Source: a virus
Virus genome (UHGV): UHGV-0179803
Reading direction: 5' to 3' (one strand)
DNA length: 64,000 nucleotides
Shown here: positions 23,087 through 31,538 of the stretch, piece after piece
Layout of the letters: every line of letters begins with the position of its first letter
Numbering within the stretch: the first letter of the stretch is position 1
Notes under the pieces: generated by a model
Databases searched by the model: none
What the model was told of the DNA's origin: nothing
What the model saw: the letters and a program-made list of their open reading frames with translations, nothing else
Made by a program: the position numbers and the translations under genes

Positions 23087-23111
23087 TAGCATAATAACAG
23101 AGGAAACAATT

Positions 23112-23140
23112 TGGGGGCCTTGGTGGCCCCCTTTTTTGTT
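23112..23140 (+). terminator. Rho-independent terminator (GGGGGCC-TTGGT-GGCCCCC + T-tract)
   Basis: Perfect 7-bp GC stem followed by TTTTTTGTTT, directly after the structural operon. Confidence 0.75.
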
Positions 23141-23164
23141 TGGGGAGAGGATTAAGAGGAAGGA

Positions 23165-23305
23165 TTATTTTTTACATGCATCCAGAATACCGTCAATCAC
23201 AACCACAATCATCAGCCAGAAAGCAAACCAGAGTGGTGGAGCATCCAGGAAGACCCCTGGGAGAAAACCTTGTAAAGCTAAGTCAGCCATGAAGTATAGG
23301 TCCAT
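23165..23305 (-). CDS. Small hydrophobic protein (46 aa)
   Basis: Hand-translated: MDLYFMADLALQGFLPGVFLDAPPLWFAFWLMIVVVIDGILDACKK. GAGG upstream. Below the ORF-track size cutoff. Confidence 0.3.
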   Translation of the reverse strand: MDLYFMADLALQGFLPGVFLDAPPLWFAFWLMIVVVIDGILDACKK

Positions 23306-23313
23306 ATTCAGCC

Positions 23314-23499
23314 TCAGTGTGTGATGTTGAAAATATCTGCCCGGAGCGTTATAATTTTAGCTTTTAACAGCTCCAGACACCCGATCTGCTGTTGAATGTC
23401 CAGATAGTCTGCTACAATTGCTGCAATGAGCACGAACATAACACACAGTGCAACAAGCGCGATGACATAAGGATCATCTGAAAGATAACGTTTACTCAT
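23314..23499 (-). CDS. Small membrane protein (61 aa)
   Basis: ATG with AGGAGAG RBS. Transmembrane segment VIALVALCVMFVLIAAIVA. Confidence 0.4.
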   Translation of the reverse strand: MSKRYLSDDPYVIALVALCVMFVLIAAIVADYLDIQQQIGCLELLKAKIITLRADIFNITH

Positions 23500-23686
23500 T
23501 TCTGCTCTCCTGTCTCTTTCTGATGGGTGTATTATACACAAAACAGGATTGCTGTCAATAACTTTTAATAAAGATTTTCATTGGTGGTTAAAACGCTCTA
23601 GGAAGCTCTCTGGAAGGATTTAGTACGAAGATGGGTGGTTGGAAGGGCTAGTAAGGTTTATCTTACTGTAGGCCACGTTTGTGGCC

Positions 23687-23953
23687 TTATTTTTGATTAT
23701 CTCTATTCTGCTCCACTTTAACCACTGTTGCATGGAGCCATTCACCAGGTTCTGTCAGCTGCATACTGTTTGCTTTGAAGCTGTTCATCTTTTCTGGAAT
23801 GCATTGCATGTTGTCGCCGACGTTAAGGCCAGAGACAATTTCACCATTGCGTGGCAGCATGTGATCAAGGTTCCACCGGATACCTGTTTCTCTCCTGCGG
23901 ATCCTGCACAAGCGTTTGATCTCTTTCTCTACAAACTTGTCCCACTCTGTCAT
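23687..23953 (-). CDS. Small HNH-type endonuclease-like protein
   Basis: RBS GAGGAGG before ATG (MTEWDKF..). Motif ..WNLDHMLPRNGEIVSG..NVGDNMQCIPEKMN fits the His-Me finger pattern (DH..P..G..N..C..N). Confidence 0.45.
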   Translation of the reverse strand: MTEWDKFVEKEIKRLCRIRRRETGIRWNLDHMLPRNGEIVSGLNVGDNMQCIPEKMNSFKANSMQLTEPGEWLHATVVKVEQNRDNQK

Positions 23954-23969
23954 GATGAACCTCCTCAGA

Positions 23970-23997
23970 TACAAGAAAGGCCACCCGAAGGTGGCCT
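23970..23997 (-). terminator. Terminator hairpin (GGCCACC-CGAA-GGTGGCC) with U-rich tail on the minus strand
   Basis: Lies just downstream of the 24013 stop of the minus-strand YadA-like gene. Confidence 0.5.
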
Positions 23998-24012
23998 GTG
24001 AGTTAGTCTGTC

Positions 24013-25584
24013 TTACCAGCCGATTGCAGCACCTGCACCCCAGACAACTTCTTCATTATTAGCAGCAACACTTGCTTTAACAGTTAAGTTGTCGTTGACA
24101 CGAGCACTTGCACCTACTGCGATAGCTTGCTGACCATCAAAACCACCAACACCAACACCTACACTGAAAGTTTGATGGCTGTTGACTTCAGGAATGTTAG
24201 CCATTGCAGCCACACCAGCGATACCCGCAGCAGCACGTTTGCGGTTAGCATCTACAGTGTTTTTCAGGTCACTGAAGTTTTTATTCAGTTTCTGAATTTC
24301 ATGGCTGTTACGGTTAATGGCCTGACGGTTAGCTTCGATGTTTTTACGGTTGTCGTAAATGCCAGCATATGCACCATCAATGCGTTCTTCGTTGCGTTGG
24401 ATGCGGATGCTGTTGTTAGCTACATCACGAGACACTACTTTCACATCGTTCTTAACATTGTTGACACCAGCTACTGCTTTATCTGCCGTGTTCTGTGCTT
24501 TATCAGCTTTAGCACTTGCAGTGTTTGCAGTATCCTGAGCATTCACCACAGCATTGTTTAGTGCGCCGTTTTGATTTTTCAGATCAGCAATGTCGTTTTT
24601 GTTTGTAGTGACTTGCTTGTTAGTATCTGCCAAATCTTCTTTCACAGCATCAATCTGGTTGCGATTTTCAATAGCTCCAGCTAATGCGCCATCTGCTTTG
24701 ATAGCCACATCTTCCAGAGCAGCTTTGTCAGCCTTATTTTCGTTCAGGTTGGTTAATTGTTCATCCTGTACAGCATTTTCACGTAGAGCTGTTTCTGCTG
24801 CGTTTAAAGCATTATTGGCTTTACTGTCAGTAACAGCAAGGTCAGTTTTATCTGCTTTTACCTGTTCTAACCGTCCAAGTTCTGCATCTTGTGCTACATT
24901 CTGGCTAAGAGCTTGATCTGCTTTTGCACCTGCATCAATGGCTAAATTTTTTGCCTGATCTGCATCTCGGATACCAGTTTCTGCTTTGCTGATGGCATCG
25001 TTAGCTTTTGCGTCAACAACTACTAAATCAGTTTTATCAGCCTTAGTGTTAACCAGTTGATCAACTTTAGCATTAGTTTTCTCAAGTTCTTCTTGCGTGT
25101 AGCTTACAGCCCCATGAAGAATTTGTTGTTCTACCTCGACCCTATTCAGGTGGTTACTGTTGTTGTTAATCTGATCCTGCATACCATCCATACGATCATT
25201 TTGTTTCTGTTGGTCTTTCAGGAAATCATTTTTGTCAACTTTATTGCCAACCCGATCTTTCAGTTCATCAACATCACGACCAATGTTGCTAACTTGCTGA
25301 TCTAGTCCGTTAATGTCAGCACTCAAATCGCCAATTTGTTGGTCATGCTTATTAAGGTGGTCATAGATACCAGAGGCATCAAAACTACTACCAGTCTGGA
25401 TTTGATCAATACGGTTATGCACATCAGAGAACTTGTCGTTCATATCGTGGCGCAGTTCATCCAACTGCCAGTTCTTTGTAGAAGCGTCAGGGTTCTCAGG
25501 ATTACCACTTGCAGCCAGGGCGGCACCAGAGAACAGAGCAGCGGCAATTGCAGTAGTGATGATAGCTTTATTCATATGTTTCAT
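24013..25584 (-). CDS. Trimeric autotransporter adhesin-like outer-membrane protein (signal peptide, long coiled-coil stalk, YadA-type C-terminal anchor)
   Basis: N-terminus MKHMNKAIITTAIAAALFSGAALAASG is a signal peptide. About 400 aa of Asn/Asp/Lys/Gln-rich heptad stalk. C-terminus ..AAAGIAGVAAMANIPEVNSHQTFSVGVGVGGFDGQQAIAVGASARVNDNLTVKASVAANNEEVVWGAGAAIGW matches the YadA anchor consensus, ending in Trp. Confidence 0.8.
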   Translation of the reverse strand: MKHMNKAIITTAIAAALFSGAALAASGNPENPDASTKNWQLDELRHDMNDKFSDVHNRIDQIQTGSSFDASGIYDHLNKHDQQIGDLSADINGLDQQVSNIGRDVDELKDRVGNKVDKNDFLKDQQKQNDRMDGMQDQINNNSNHLNRVEVEQQILHGAVSYTQEELEKTNAKVDQLVNTKADKTDLVVVDAKANDAISKAETGIRDADQAKNLAIDAGAKADQALSQNVAQDAELGRLEQVKADKTDLAVTDSKANNALNAAETALRENAVQDEQLTNLNENKADKAALEDVAIKADGALAGAIENRNQIDAVKEDLADTNKQVTTNKNDIADLKNQNGALNNAVVNAQDTANTASAKADKAQNTADKAVAGVNNVKNDVKVVSRDVANNSIRIQRNEERIDGAYAGIYDNRKNIEANRQAINRNSHEIQKLNKNFSDLKNTVDANRKRAAAGIAGVAAMANIPEVNSHQTFSVGVGVGGFDGQQAIAVGASARVNDNLTVKASVAANNEEVVWGAGAAIGW

Positions 25585-26079
25585 AGTTAAGCGCACCTCA
25601 GTCAGTTAATCTGCATCTCGTTTCGATGAAGTAAATATACCAAAATTGGAGCATCATGTCAACAACTATTTTATGGCGACATGCAAAAGACACCACAAAA
25701 TAGGGTGACACACACCACTATAGCCAGTATGACCAACCATACATCCAAAGGTTTCATAATCAGTAATCAGACCTCACTGGAAAGTTGAGATAATGCTTAA
25801 GAGCAGGATTAAGACACCACCGATCACAGTGTACAGGAAAAGCCCACCTGCGGCATCGACCAGTTCTTGTACAAAGTGGTTTTCAAATTGCTTATCACGC
25901 AACCGAAAGAACAAATCTATTAACTTTTTCATAGGCTTACATCAGAAATAAGAAAGTGTATAATAACATTTCCAACCCAGTGGCAGCATATACCATGAGC
26001 AATATAGCAATAGCTGCCATGAGAACATCATCTTTTGTCATAACAGGCATCCTCATTCTATGCACCTCTCTTGATAAAT

Positions 26080-26155
26080 TGGCGGCCCCTACTGGACTTG
26101 AACCAGCAACCAAGCGATTATGAGTCACCCGCTCTACCTGTTGAGCTAAAGGGCC
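26080..26155 (-). tRNA. tRNA with anticodon CAU (Met elongator/initiator, or Ile2 if lysidine-modified)
   Basis: Hand-folded cloverleaf: acceptor GGCCCUU/AGGGGCC, D-stem GCUC/GAGC, anticodon loop CUCAUAA, T-arm GGUUCAAGUCC, encoded CCA end. Confidence 0.7.
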
Positions 26156-26156
26156 G

Positions 26157-26232
26157 TGGTGCTGATGGAGGGACTCGAACCCACAACCTTTTGATTACAA
26201 ATCAATTGCACTACCGTTTGTGCTACATCAGC
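26157..26232 (-). tRNA. tRNA-Thr (anticodon UGU), tentative
   Basis: Acceptor GCUGAUG/CAUCAGC, discriminator A, encoded CCA, anticodon loop UUUGUAA, T-loop UUCGAGU. One mismatch each in the anticodon and T stems, so identity needs confirmation. Confidence 0.55.
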
Positions 26233-26248
26233 AAACTGCTTATGATAG

Positions 26249-26323
26249 TGGTATTCGGAGCGGGAGTCGAACCCGCATCTACAGCTTAGGAGGCCGCTAT
26301 TCTATCCGTTGAACTATCCGAAC
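26249..26323 (-). tRNA. tRNA-Arg (anticodon CCU, reads AGG)
   Basis: Acceptor GUUCGGA/UCCGAAU, anticodon loop CUCCUAA, perfect T-arm GCGGG-UUCGACU-CCCGC, encoded CCA. Confidence 0.65.
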
Positions 26324-26409
26324 GTTGTTCTCTTGTCTATGTGGTGTATTTTATACTCAAATTGACGTCCCTGTCAACAAAATTCTTACCTGTCTGATCT
26401 TTGTTTTTA

Positions 26410-26595
26410 TCAATGTAAGAAGTCTCTGTCTCCCAGGACGATTGCTTCGATATATTCATCATGGTGCTGAACAGAAGCCAGATGCAGATGGATATAAGCA
26501 TCGCCGTAGCCGAAGAAGCGACGATGAGCTTTAGCCCATGCACGTAAACCTTTCCACATCACGAAGTGGTAAAGTTGTCTGATTTTATTTTTCAT
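26410..26595 (-). CDS. Hypothetical small protein (61 aa)
   Basis: ATG preceded by GAGGAG with 7-nt spacing. Confidence 0.4.
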   Translation of the reverse strand: MKNKIRQLYHFVMWKGLRAWAKAHRRFFGYGDAYIHLHLASVQHHDEYIEAIVLGDRDFLH

Positions 26596-27076
26596 GTAAG
26601 TACTCCTCTGGTTCAGCTTCAGGTTCTGGATAGTCCTCTATAACGAGAGGCCAGTTATTCTCTTTCGCTTTACGTTTGTACATCACTTCATCCCTGGCGA
26701 ACTCCAGTTGATTCTTAGCCGGGATACCTGCTGGATTATCATCAATCCAGATATCTGGGAAGATGCCCATCGTAGCCATATAAGCTGCTTTCTGTATACC
26801 AGAAGTATAGAAGATATCCATACCCAGTTTTTCAGCCCACATCTGAATGTCACAGCTGTCCTGTTCAGGGAAACGGAATGTGACAAAGCAGCAATACCAA
26901 CCAGCCTTCTGCAATGCGCCCACAAAAGAGGCGAAGATAAAAGGCTCTGCATTGAACGTATTATCGAAGTCAAATGCAGCAACTTTCGTGCCATTACGTG
27001 TTTCAAACGGCAGAGAAGTGGTTAAGCTACTGTAATCAAAAATATCCCCACTAACGTCATCATAGCCTGAATCCAT
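26585..27076 (-). CDS. HAD-superfamily phosphatase (nucleotidase or polynucleotide 3'-phosphatase-like)
   Basis: RBS AAGGAG. HAD motif I VAAFDFDNTF (DxDxT) and motif IV WIDDNP. Confidence 0.6.
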   Translation of the reverse strand: MDSGYDDVSGDIFDYSSLTTSLPFETRNGTKVAAFDFDNTFNAEPFIFASFVGALQKAGWYCCFVTFRFPEQDSCDIQMWAEKLGMDIFYTSGIQKAAYMATMGIFPDIWIDDNPAGIPAKNQLEFARDEVMYKRKAKENNWPLVIEDYPEPEAEPEEYLHEK

Positions 27077-27086
27077 AGCCTACTCC

Positions 27087-27356
27087 TTATTTTTTCAAGA
27101 ATTTGTATGCAAAAGCATGTGTGTTTTCCGCAGCTTCAATGATACAACGAATCTTGCGATCCAGTTCTTCATTTTCTTTTACCAGCTGCGGGATCTCTTT
27201 GGCATGAACTGTGAACTCGGCAAAGTCCATATCCAAGATCTGGTTGATACGGGCATCATTAGCTTTGGCTTGCATATTCATACGATATGCAGCAGACAGA
27301 CCTTCCTGTACCATCGACAGGCCGTATTCAAGGTAGCGTAACTGTTCTTTAGTCAT
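27087..27356 (-). CDS. Hypothetical protein
   Basis: Start assigned to internal ATG (MTKEQLRYLEY..); the upstream region has no RBS. Confidence 0.4.
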   Translation of the reverse strand: MTKEQLRYLEYGLSMVQEGLSAAYRMNMQAKANDARINQILDMDFAEFTVHAKEIPQLVKENEELDRKIRCIIEAAENTHAFAYKFLKK

Positions 27357-27464
27357 CGTAGTGGTCCTTCGTTCTGTTGATGAGGTATTTATACCACAAC
27401 GTACGGGGTATGTCAACAGTTTTCTTTCAATAAATCAGTTGTGTAGGAAAAGACAAAAATAAAC

Positions 27465-27480
27465 CCCGCCGAAGCGGGGT
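27465..27480 (-). terminator. Terminator hairpin (CCCCGC-CGAA-GCGGGG) with U-tract on the minus strand
   Basis: Minus strand reads hairpin then TTTATTTTT. Lies downstream of the 27489 stop. Confidence 0.45.
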
Positions 27481-27488
27481 CTATGCGA

Positions 27489-27632
27489 TTAGAAGTTCAT
27501 CTGCATATATCCCATCGGATGTGCTCCTGCCATGCTTTCAGCTACTGCACCCCAATCCACGTCCATAGCATGAACCCCTAAAACTACCAAACCCATTGCA
27601 ACCAGTGCTAAAACTTCAATTCTCATTTTCAT
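27489..27632 (-). CDS. Small secreted or membrane protein (47 aa) with signal-peptide-like N-terminus
   Basis: MKMRIEVLALVAMGLVVLGVHA.. RBS GAGGGG. Confidence 0.35.
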   Translation of the reverse strand: MKMRIEVLALVAMGLVVLGVHAMDVDWGAVAESMAGAHPMGYMQMNF

Positions 27633-27642
27633 AACCCGCCCC

Positions 27643-27795
27643 TCATTTATCGAATGCACTAAGATTATCAATGCAGAAATCTTTTACTTCATTTTTGTCT
27701 GCACCTTGTACAAGGATTTCACCCGGACAAGCCTGATCCATAGAATCTGCAAAATCTTCTTTAAAGCAAGCTAAGTTGTCAATATCGTATTTCAT
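27643..27795 (-). CDS. Hypothetical small protein (50 aa)
   Basis: ATG (MKYDIDNLACF..) preceded by AAGGAG. Confidence 0.3.
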   Translation of the reverse strand: MKYDIDNLACFKEDFADSMDQACPGEILVQGADKNEVKDFCIDNLSAFDK

Positions 27796-27896
27796 GGCTG
27801 ACTCCTTATTTATCTGTTGTACTGTGCTTCTCTTCATTTGATGGAAGCATCTTAACACAACTGATCTTCCATGTCAAGAAATATTTCTACTTTCTT

Positions 27897-28509
27897 TTAG
27901 TCAAATTGTAATATCAGATCGACCAGTTTACTTGGTTCGTTGATATACTCATCTTTACCGTATGGCACAGGTCTCATTTCGTGGATAGGCTGTTCTTCTA
28001 CGTACGGTCTGATAAATTCTGCCAGCACCAGTTCCACAACCCCTGGCCCACAAGGTGATTCCAGCATTCTCCGGTGGAGTTTGGGATCTCTCAGTGCCAG
28101 AAGTGGACCGTAACCATCCATTCTGCCATACAATAGATACTCCGCAGAGTGGTGGATGAAAGCCTTCTCGTAGCGTCTGCGTTGGTTTAAGGTCGCTATG
28201 ATTATCTCTGCATAGGCATCCTGTAGAGCCTTCTTAGCGTGTTGGATGTTGTTATCCCCAGACTCCAGTAAGCCTTCCAGGATTCTTACACGACTCATGT
28301 GGACCTGATTCTCACTGACGTGGGCGATAATATTCCCTGTCTGATCGAAGTTTTCCATCAGCCTCCACACGATGTTGACACTGCCTGTCTGGGATAATGA
28401 CTTGGCGTACCAGCCTTGCTTGTGGAAGTACCAGTCAGCGTCCTCCATCAGGATTTTACTGAAGTCTGCTTTCAGTTGTTCTTTGCTGTGCGGATCATTC
28501 ATTGCCATC
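27897..28509 (-). CDS. Hypothetical protein
   Basis: Long ORF; start trimmed to MAMNDPH.. to avoid a large overlap with the upstream gene. Confidence 0.45.
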
Positions 28510-29088
28510 TCCCAACAATTGAAGCAGAAGGTTGATACCTTCGTTTGGGTCATCATCCTCACCGTAGTGTTTGGCAGACATTGCATAGCCTTCACCATCC
28601 ACATACTGTTTGATGTATTTGAACAGGCTCGAACGCAGCATATCCATCCCCATCGGATCTCGCAGTAAGCGATCCAACAGTTTTGGTGCACGTTTTTCCA
28701 TCACACAAGGGCCACCGTTATTGCCACAACCATTACGGTTAGTCAGGAGGTCAACTCCGAACTGTAGCAGCTCTTTCTTGTGCTTCTCGCGTTTTCTCCA
28801 GATCTTGACGTGCATTTCGCCATCAACATCGTGGACCATGTTGCGAAGATCACTTATGCTGGGGTGCTCATTGTTCTTCAAAGCCCTTATCATTACTTTA
28901 CACTTAGTAGTGTAAGTTTCTTCCCTGTAGTACCGTGGTACTGGGAAGATATACTTCTCGAATATCATCTTGAAGGCGTTGAAGCGAGAACTGGCAAAAT
29001 AATTATCCCAGTAGTCCTTCCACTCAAATTCAAGAAAAGTATCCAGATCCCTCTGGAGATTGTTAGTAAAAAATTCTACATTGCTCAT
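28495..29088 (-). CDS. Hypothetical protein (197 aa)
   Basis: ORF in the minus-strand operon. No diagnostic motifs. Confidence 0.5.
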   Translation of the reverse strand: MSNVEFFTNNLQRDLDTFLEFEWKDYWDNYFASSRFNAFKMIFEKYIFPVPRYYREETYTTKCKVMIRALKNNEHPSISDLRNMVHDVDGEMHVKIWRKREKHKKELLQFGVDLLTNRNGCGNNGGPCVMEKRAPKLLDRLLRDPMGMDMLRSSLFKYIKQYVDGEGYAMSAKHYGEDDDPNEGINLLLQLLGDGNE

Positions 29089-29327
29089 AGCTCTACCACC
29101 GTACCTTCCAGGTCTTCTTCAATCAGGTCATCCAGCTTAACCACCTTGATAAGGCCACGACGGATGTACAGATCCATCATCTCACGATAGTTTTTGAATG
29201 GATCGTCACTGTTACTGACTACAACAACTTTATGGTCTTGACGAGCTTCTTGCCATACCAGACGGCAACGCATCAGGTGCCCCAGTACATCTTTATCCAT
29301 TTCTGGCTTACGTGCAAACATTATCAA
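29085..29327 (-). CDS. Hypothetical protein (80 aa)
   Basis: Overlapping stop/start with neighbours (translational coupling). Confidence 0.45.
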   Translation of the reverse strand: MIMFARKPEMDKDVLGHLMRCRLVWQEARQDHKVVVVSNSDDPFKNYREMMDLYIRRGLIKVVKLDDLIEEDLEGTVVEL

Positions 29328-29758
29328 TCCCCCGTAAAATATTCTTTAAGTTTTTCTGTTAAAAAGTTTTGTAATTCCTGCTCGTCGAGCTTCTCGTCAA
29401 AGTCAGCAGCAGCTGCCTCAACACACATATGATAGATCGCAATTTCAAGGTCGTCAAGCCCCAACATCAATTCGACCATCATATTTTCATCATCTGTTGG
29501 GTGAGCCGGATCAGAGATCATATCCATTGGTACGATGACTTTCCAGTCTTCTTTAGTCCCCACAGGACCTTGAATTTTACGGCTAATCTCTATCAGATGC
29601 TTGGTGTAAAAGGCTTCGTACTGAACAATCTCGTAGTTATTACGGTAGTAAACGTAGTCGAGGTAAGTACCCAGCCGAAGCTGGCATACTTCAACCCCAA
29701 ACCACTCCTTCTTCCACTGTTTTTCGCCTGAAGATTGGCATTGGCGTTTAGTCAGCAT
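29324..29758 (-). CDS. Hypothetical protein (144 aa)
   Basis: ORF in operon. Confidence 0.5.
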   Translation of the reverse strand: MLTKRQCQSSGEKQWKKEWFGVEVCQLRLGTYLDYVYYRNNYEIVQYEAFYTKHLIEISRKIQGPVGTKEDWKVIVPMDMISDPAHPTDDENMMVELMLGLDDLEIAIYHMCVEAAAADFDEKLDEQELQNFLTEKLKEYFTGD

Positions 29759-29773
29759 GGCTGGGTTCTCCTG

Positions 29774-30052
29774 TTATTGACGAGCGTATCCGCAGAGGAC
29801 GATGGTTGCATTAATTTCTGTTGCAGATAAGTCCCCATCCATAATTTGTAAAGAGAAATCTTCCAGGTCTACAGTGTAGATGCCTCCGTCATAAGAGTTA
29901 TCCTCCATGATTAGCACGTTGCGTACTTCAGCAGCCACTATGATTTCTACAATCGTACCTGGTTTAAAATTTTTGAGAGGTTTGACTACAGGTTCAAGCT
30001 CTCTTAAAGATACAGATGTTGCCATAATGTGTCTCCTATTTAACGTTTTCAA
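29774..30052 (-). CDS. Hypothetical protein (about 85-92 aa)
   Basis: ORF in operon; start uncertain (MATSVSL.. is an alternative). Confidence 0.4.
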   Translation of the reverse strand: MKTLNRRHIMATSVSLRELEPVVKPLKNFKPGTIVEIIVAAEVRNVLIMEDNSYDGGIYTVDLEDFSLQIMDGDLSATEINATIVLCGYARQ

Positions 30053-31487
30053 TCAAATCTATAGTTCTGCCAAAAGATGGCGTATAGTCTTTGTTACCAC
30101 CTTCTGTCCTAATCCAGAGCGTATTATACTTATCCCAACCGTTGCTGTCAACCTCTTTTTCAAAACCTGATTCAAGAAACAGGTCAGTAAAGATAATAAC
30201 ATCCTGAACATCAGACAGATGTTTATCCAGATATTCAAACACACAACCTGCACGAGTACCGAACGTAGACTTGATCTGGTAGTCTGGCATCTGTGCAATA
30301 TTCTGGTGAGTGTATACCTGAACATCACCAACTTCTGTTGACCAACAGAACATCGTAACTTTAAACTCTTTATACAGGCTGCACAACCCGCTGATTTCTG
30401 AAGTGATACGTTTCAGAGTCCGTGGAGAGATAGAGCCTGATACGTCGAATGCCACCACTATATCAATCGTTTTCTCCTGGTTGCGACCTGGGAGAATAAC
30501 AGACTGGCGATTGTTGATAGCCCCTCTGCTACGCAATGTGTGAGTTAAAGCACCAGAGCGACGGGCCGGACGACGATAAGTCATATCAGCTTTCCGGTGT
30601 GACAACATACGTTGACGAATCACATCCAGATAGTTGATGATAGGCTTATTGCGATTCTTGATCCACTCACGCACCTGTGCCGGACCTTCACCACCTGCCG
30701 CTTTCATAGCAGCTTCCATCATGTCACCAGAGTCCTGCATTGCTGCATCTTTCTCTGCCTGAGTCATTGCTGGTTGGTTGCCTTTTTCGTAGCCCATAGC
30801 TTCACTGAGGTTGTCAGACTGGCCTTGTCCGTCCCCCATGTGAGTATCTGTGGCTCGTAGACCACCGCCACTAGCTTTACCTGGTTGTTGCTGTTGCTGT
30901 TGTTGTCTTTCCAGGTCTGCATAAACTTTTTCAGTTATCCACCCGTGGTATTTCTTATCACAATAACAATATTCAAGAAATGCAAACGGCTGGCCTTTTT
31001 TCAGCTGTGTGCGAATCCCGTGTGGGAACATTGCACATGGCGGTTCGGCTAAATCTACCATCAGACCAGTATTAATAACGTGGTCAGCGGCCTGATTAAA
31101 CAGGTTGTGATCAGAGAAGGCTTTACCACGGCTGAGGTGATCAGCAATGATGTGACCTATCTCATGGCACAGGAGAAAAGCAACCTCTTTAAGCGTTTTA
31201 GGTGCATAGAAAGCGTCCAGCTGTTCTTTCATCTTATCATCGCACTTAGGCAGAATGATAGCACGGCGTTCCTGGCAAACACCTATGATGAACTCTGGAT
31301 TGTAGTAAATCCGCTTATGGTCTGTGGCGATAGTGTCACACCATGTGTGGTTCTCAACAAATTGTAAGCCTGACAGGAGCACACCGTAGAAGCTCAATCT
31401 TTCCATGAGCCACATGCGAGCACCCTGAAGCATACGTAGAGCTTCTGGTTTCTGTGCTAAAATCAGTTCTGAACTTCTTGCGTCCAC
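30036..31487 (-). CDS. Two-domain protein: N-terminal HExxH zinc-metallopeptidase-like domain plus C-terminal von Willebrand factor A (VWA) domain
   Basis: GTG start 5 nt after GGAGGA. HEIGH motif (..FLLCHEIGHIIADHL..). VWA MIDAS motif DxSGS (..VVAFDVSGSISP..). Gln-rich linker (QQQQQQQ). Confidence 0.7.
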   Translation of the reverse strand: MDARSSELILAQKPEALRMLQGARMWLMERLSFYGVLLSGLQFVENHTWCDTIATDHKRIYYNPEFIIGVCQERRAIILPKCDDKMKEQLDAFYAPKTLKEVAFLLCHEIGHIIADHLSRGKAFSDHNLFNQAADHVINTGLMVDLAEPPCAMFPHGIRTQLKKGQPFAFLEYCYCDKKYHGWITEKVYADLERQQQQQQQPGKASGGGLRATDTHMGDGQGQSDNLSEAMGYEKGNQPAMTQAEKDAAMQDSGDMMEAAMKAAGGEGPAQVREWIKNRNKPIINYLDVIRQRMLSHRKADMTYRRPARRSGALTHTLRSRGAINNRQSVILPGRNQEKTIDIVVAFDVSGSISPRTLKRITSEISGLCSLYKEFKVTMFCWSTEVGDVQVYTHQNIAQMPDYQIKSTFGTRAGCVFEYLDKHLSDVQDVIIFTDLFLESGFEKEVDSNGWDKYNTLWIRTEGGNKDYTPSFGRTIDLIENVK

Positions 31488-31538
31488 TACGATCCTCCAA
31501 AGGGGGCAAAAGCCCCCTCGTTGTTATTTTCTGCTATC

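Noticed and set aside
24127-24916. Plus-strand ORFs (24127..24561, 24590..24916) antisense to the YadA-like gene
   Set aside because: Low-complexity Ser/Ala/Val-rich translations mirroring the coiled-coil gene on the other strand. Artefacts.
26071-26289. 72-aa plus-strand ORF over the tRNA cluster
   Set aside because: It is the translation of the reverse complement of three tRNA genes (the ..GTRTHN.. peptide comes from T-arm sequence). Not a real CDS.
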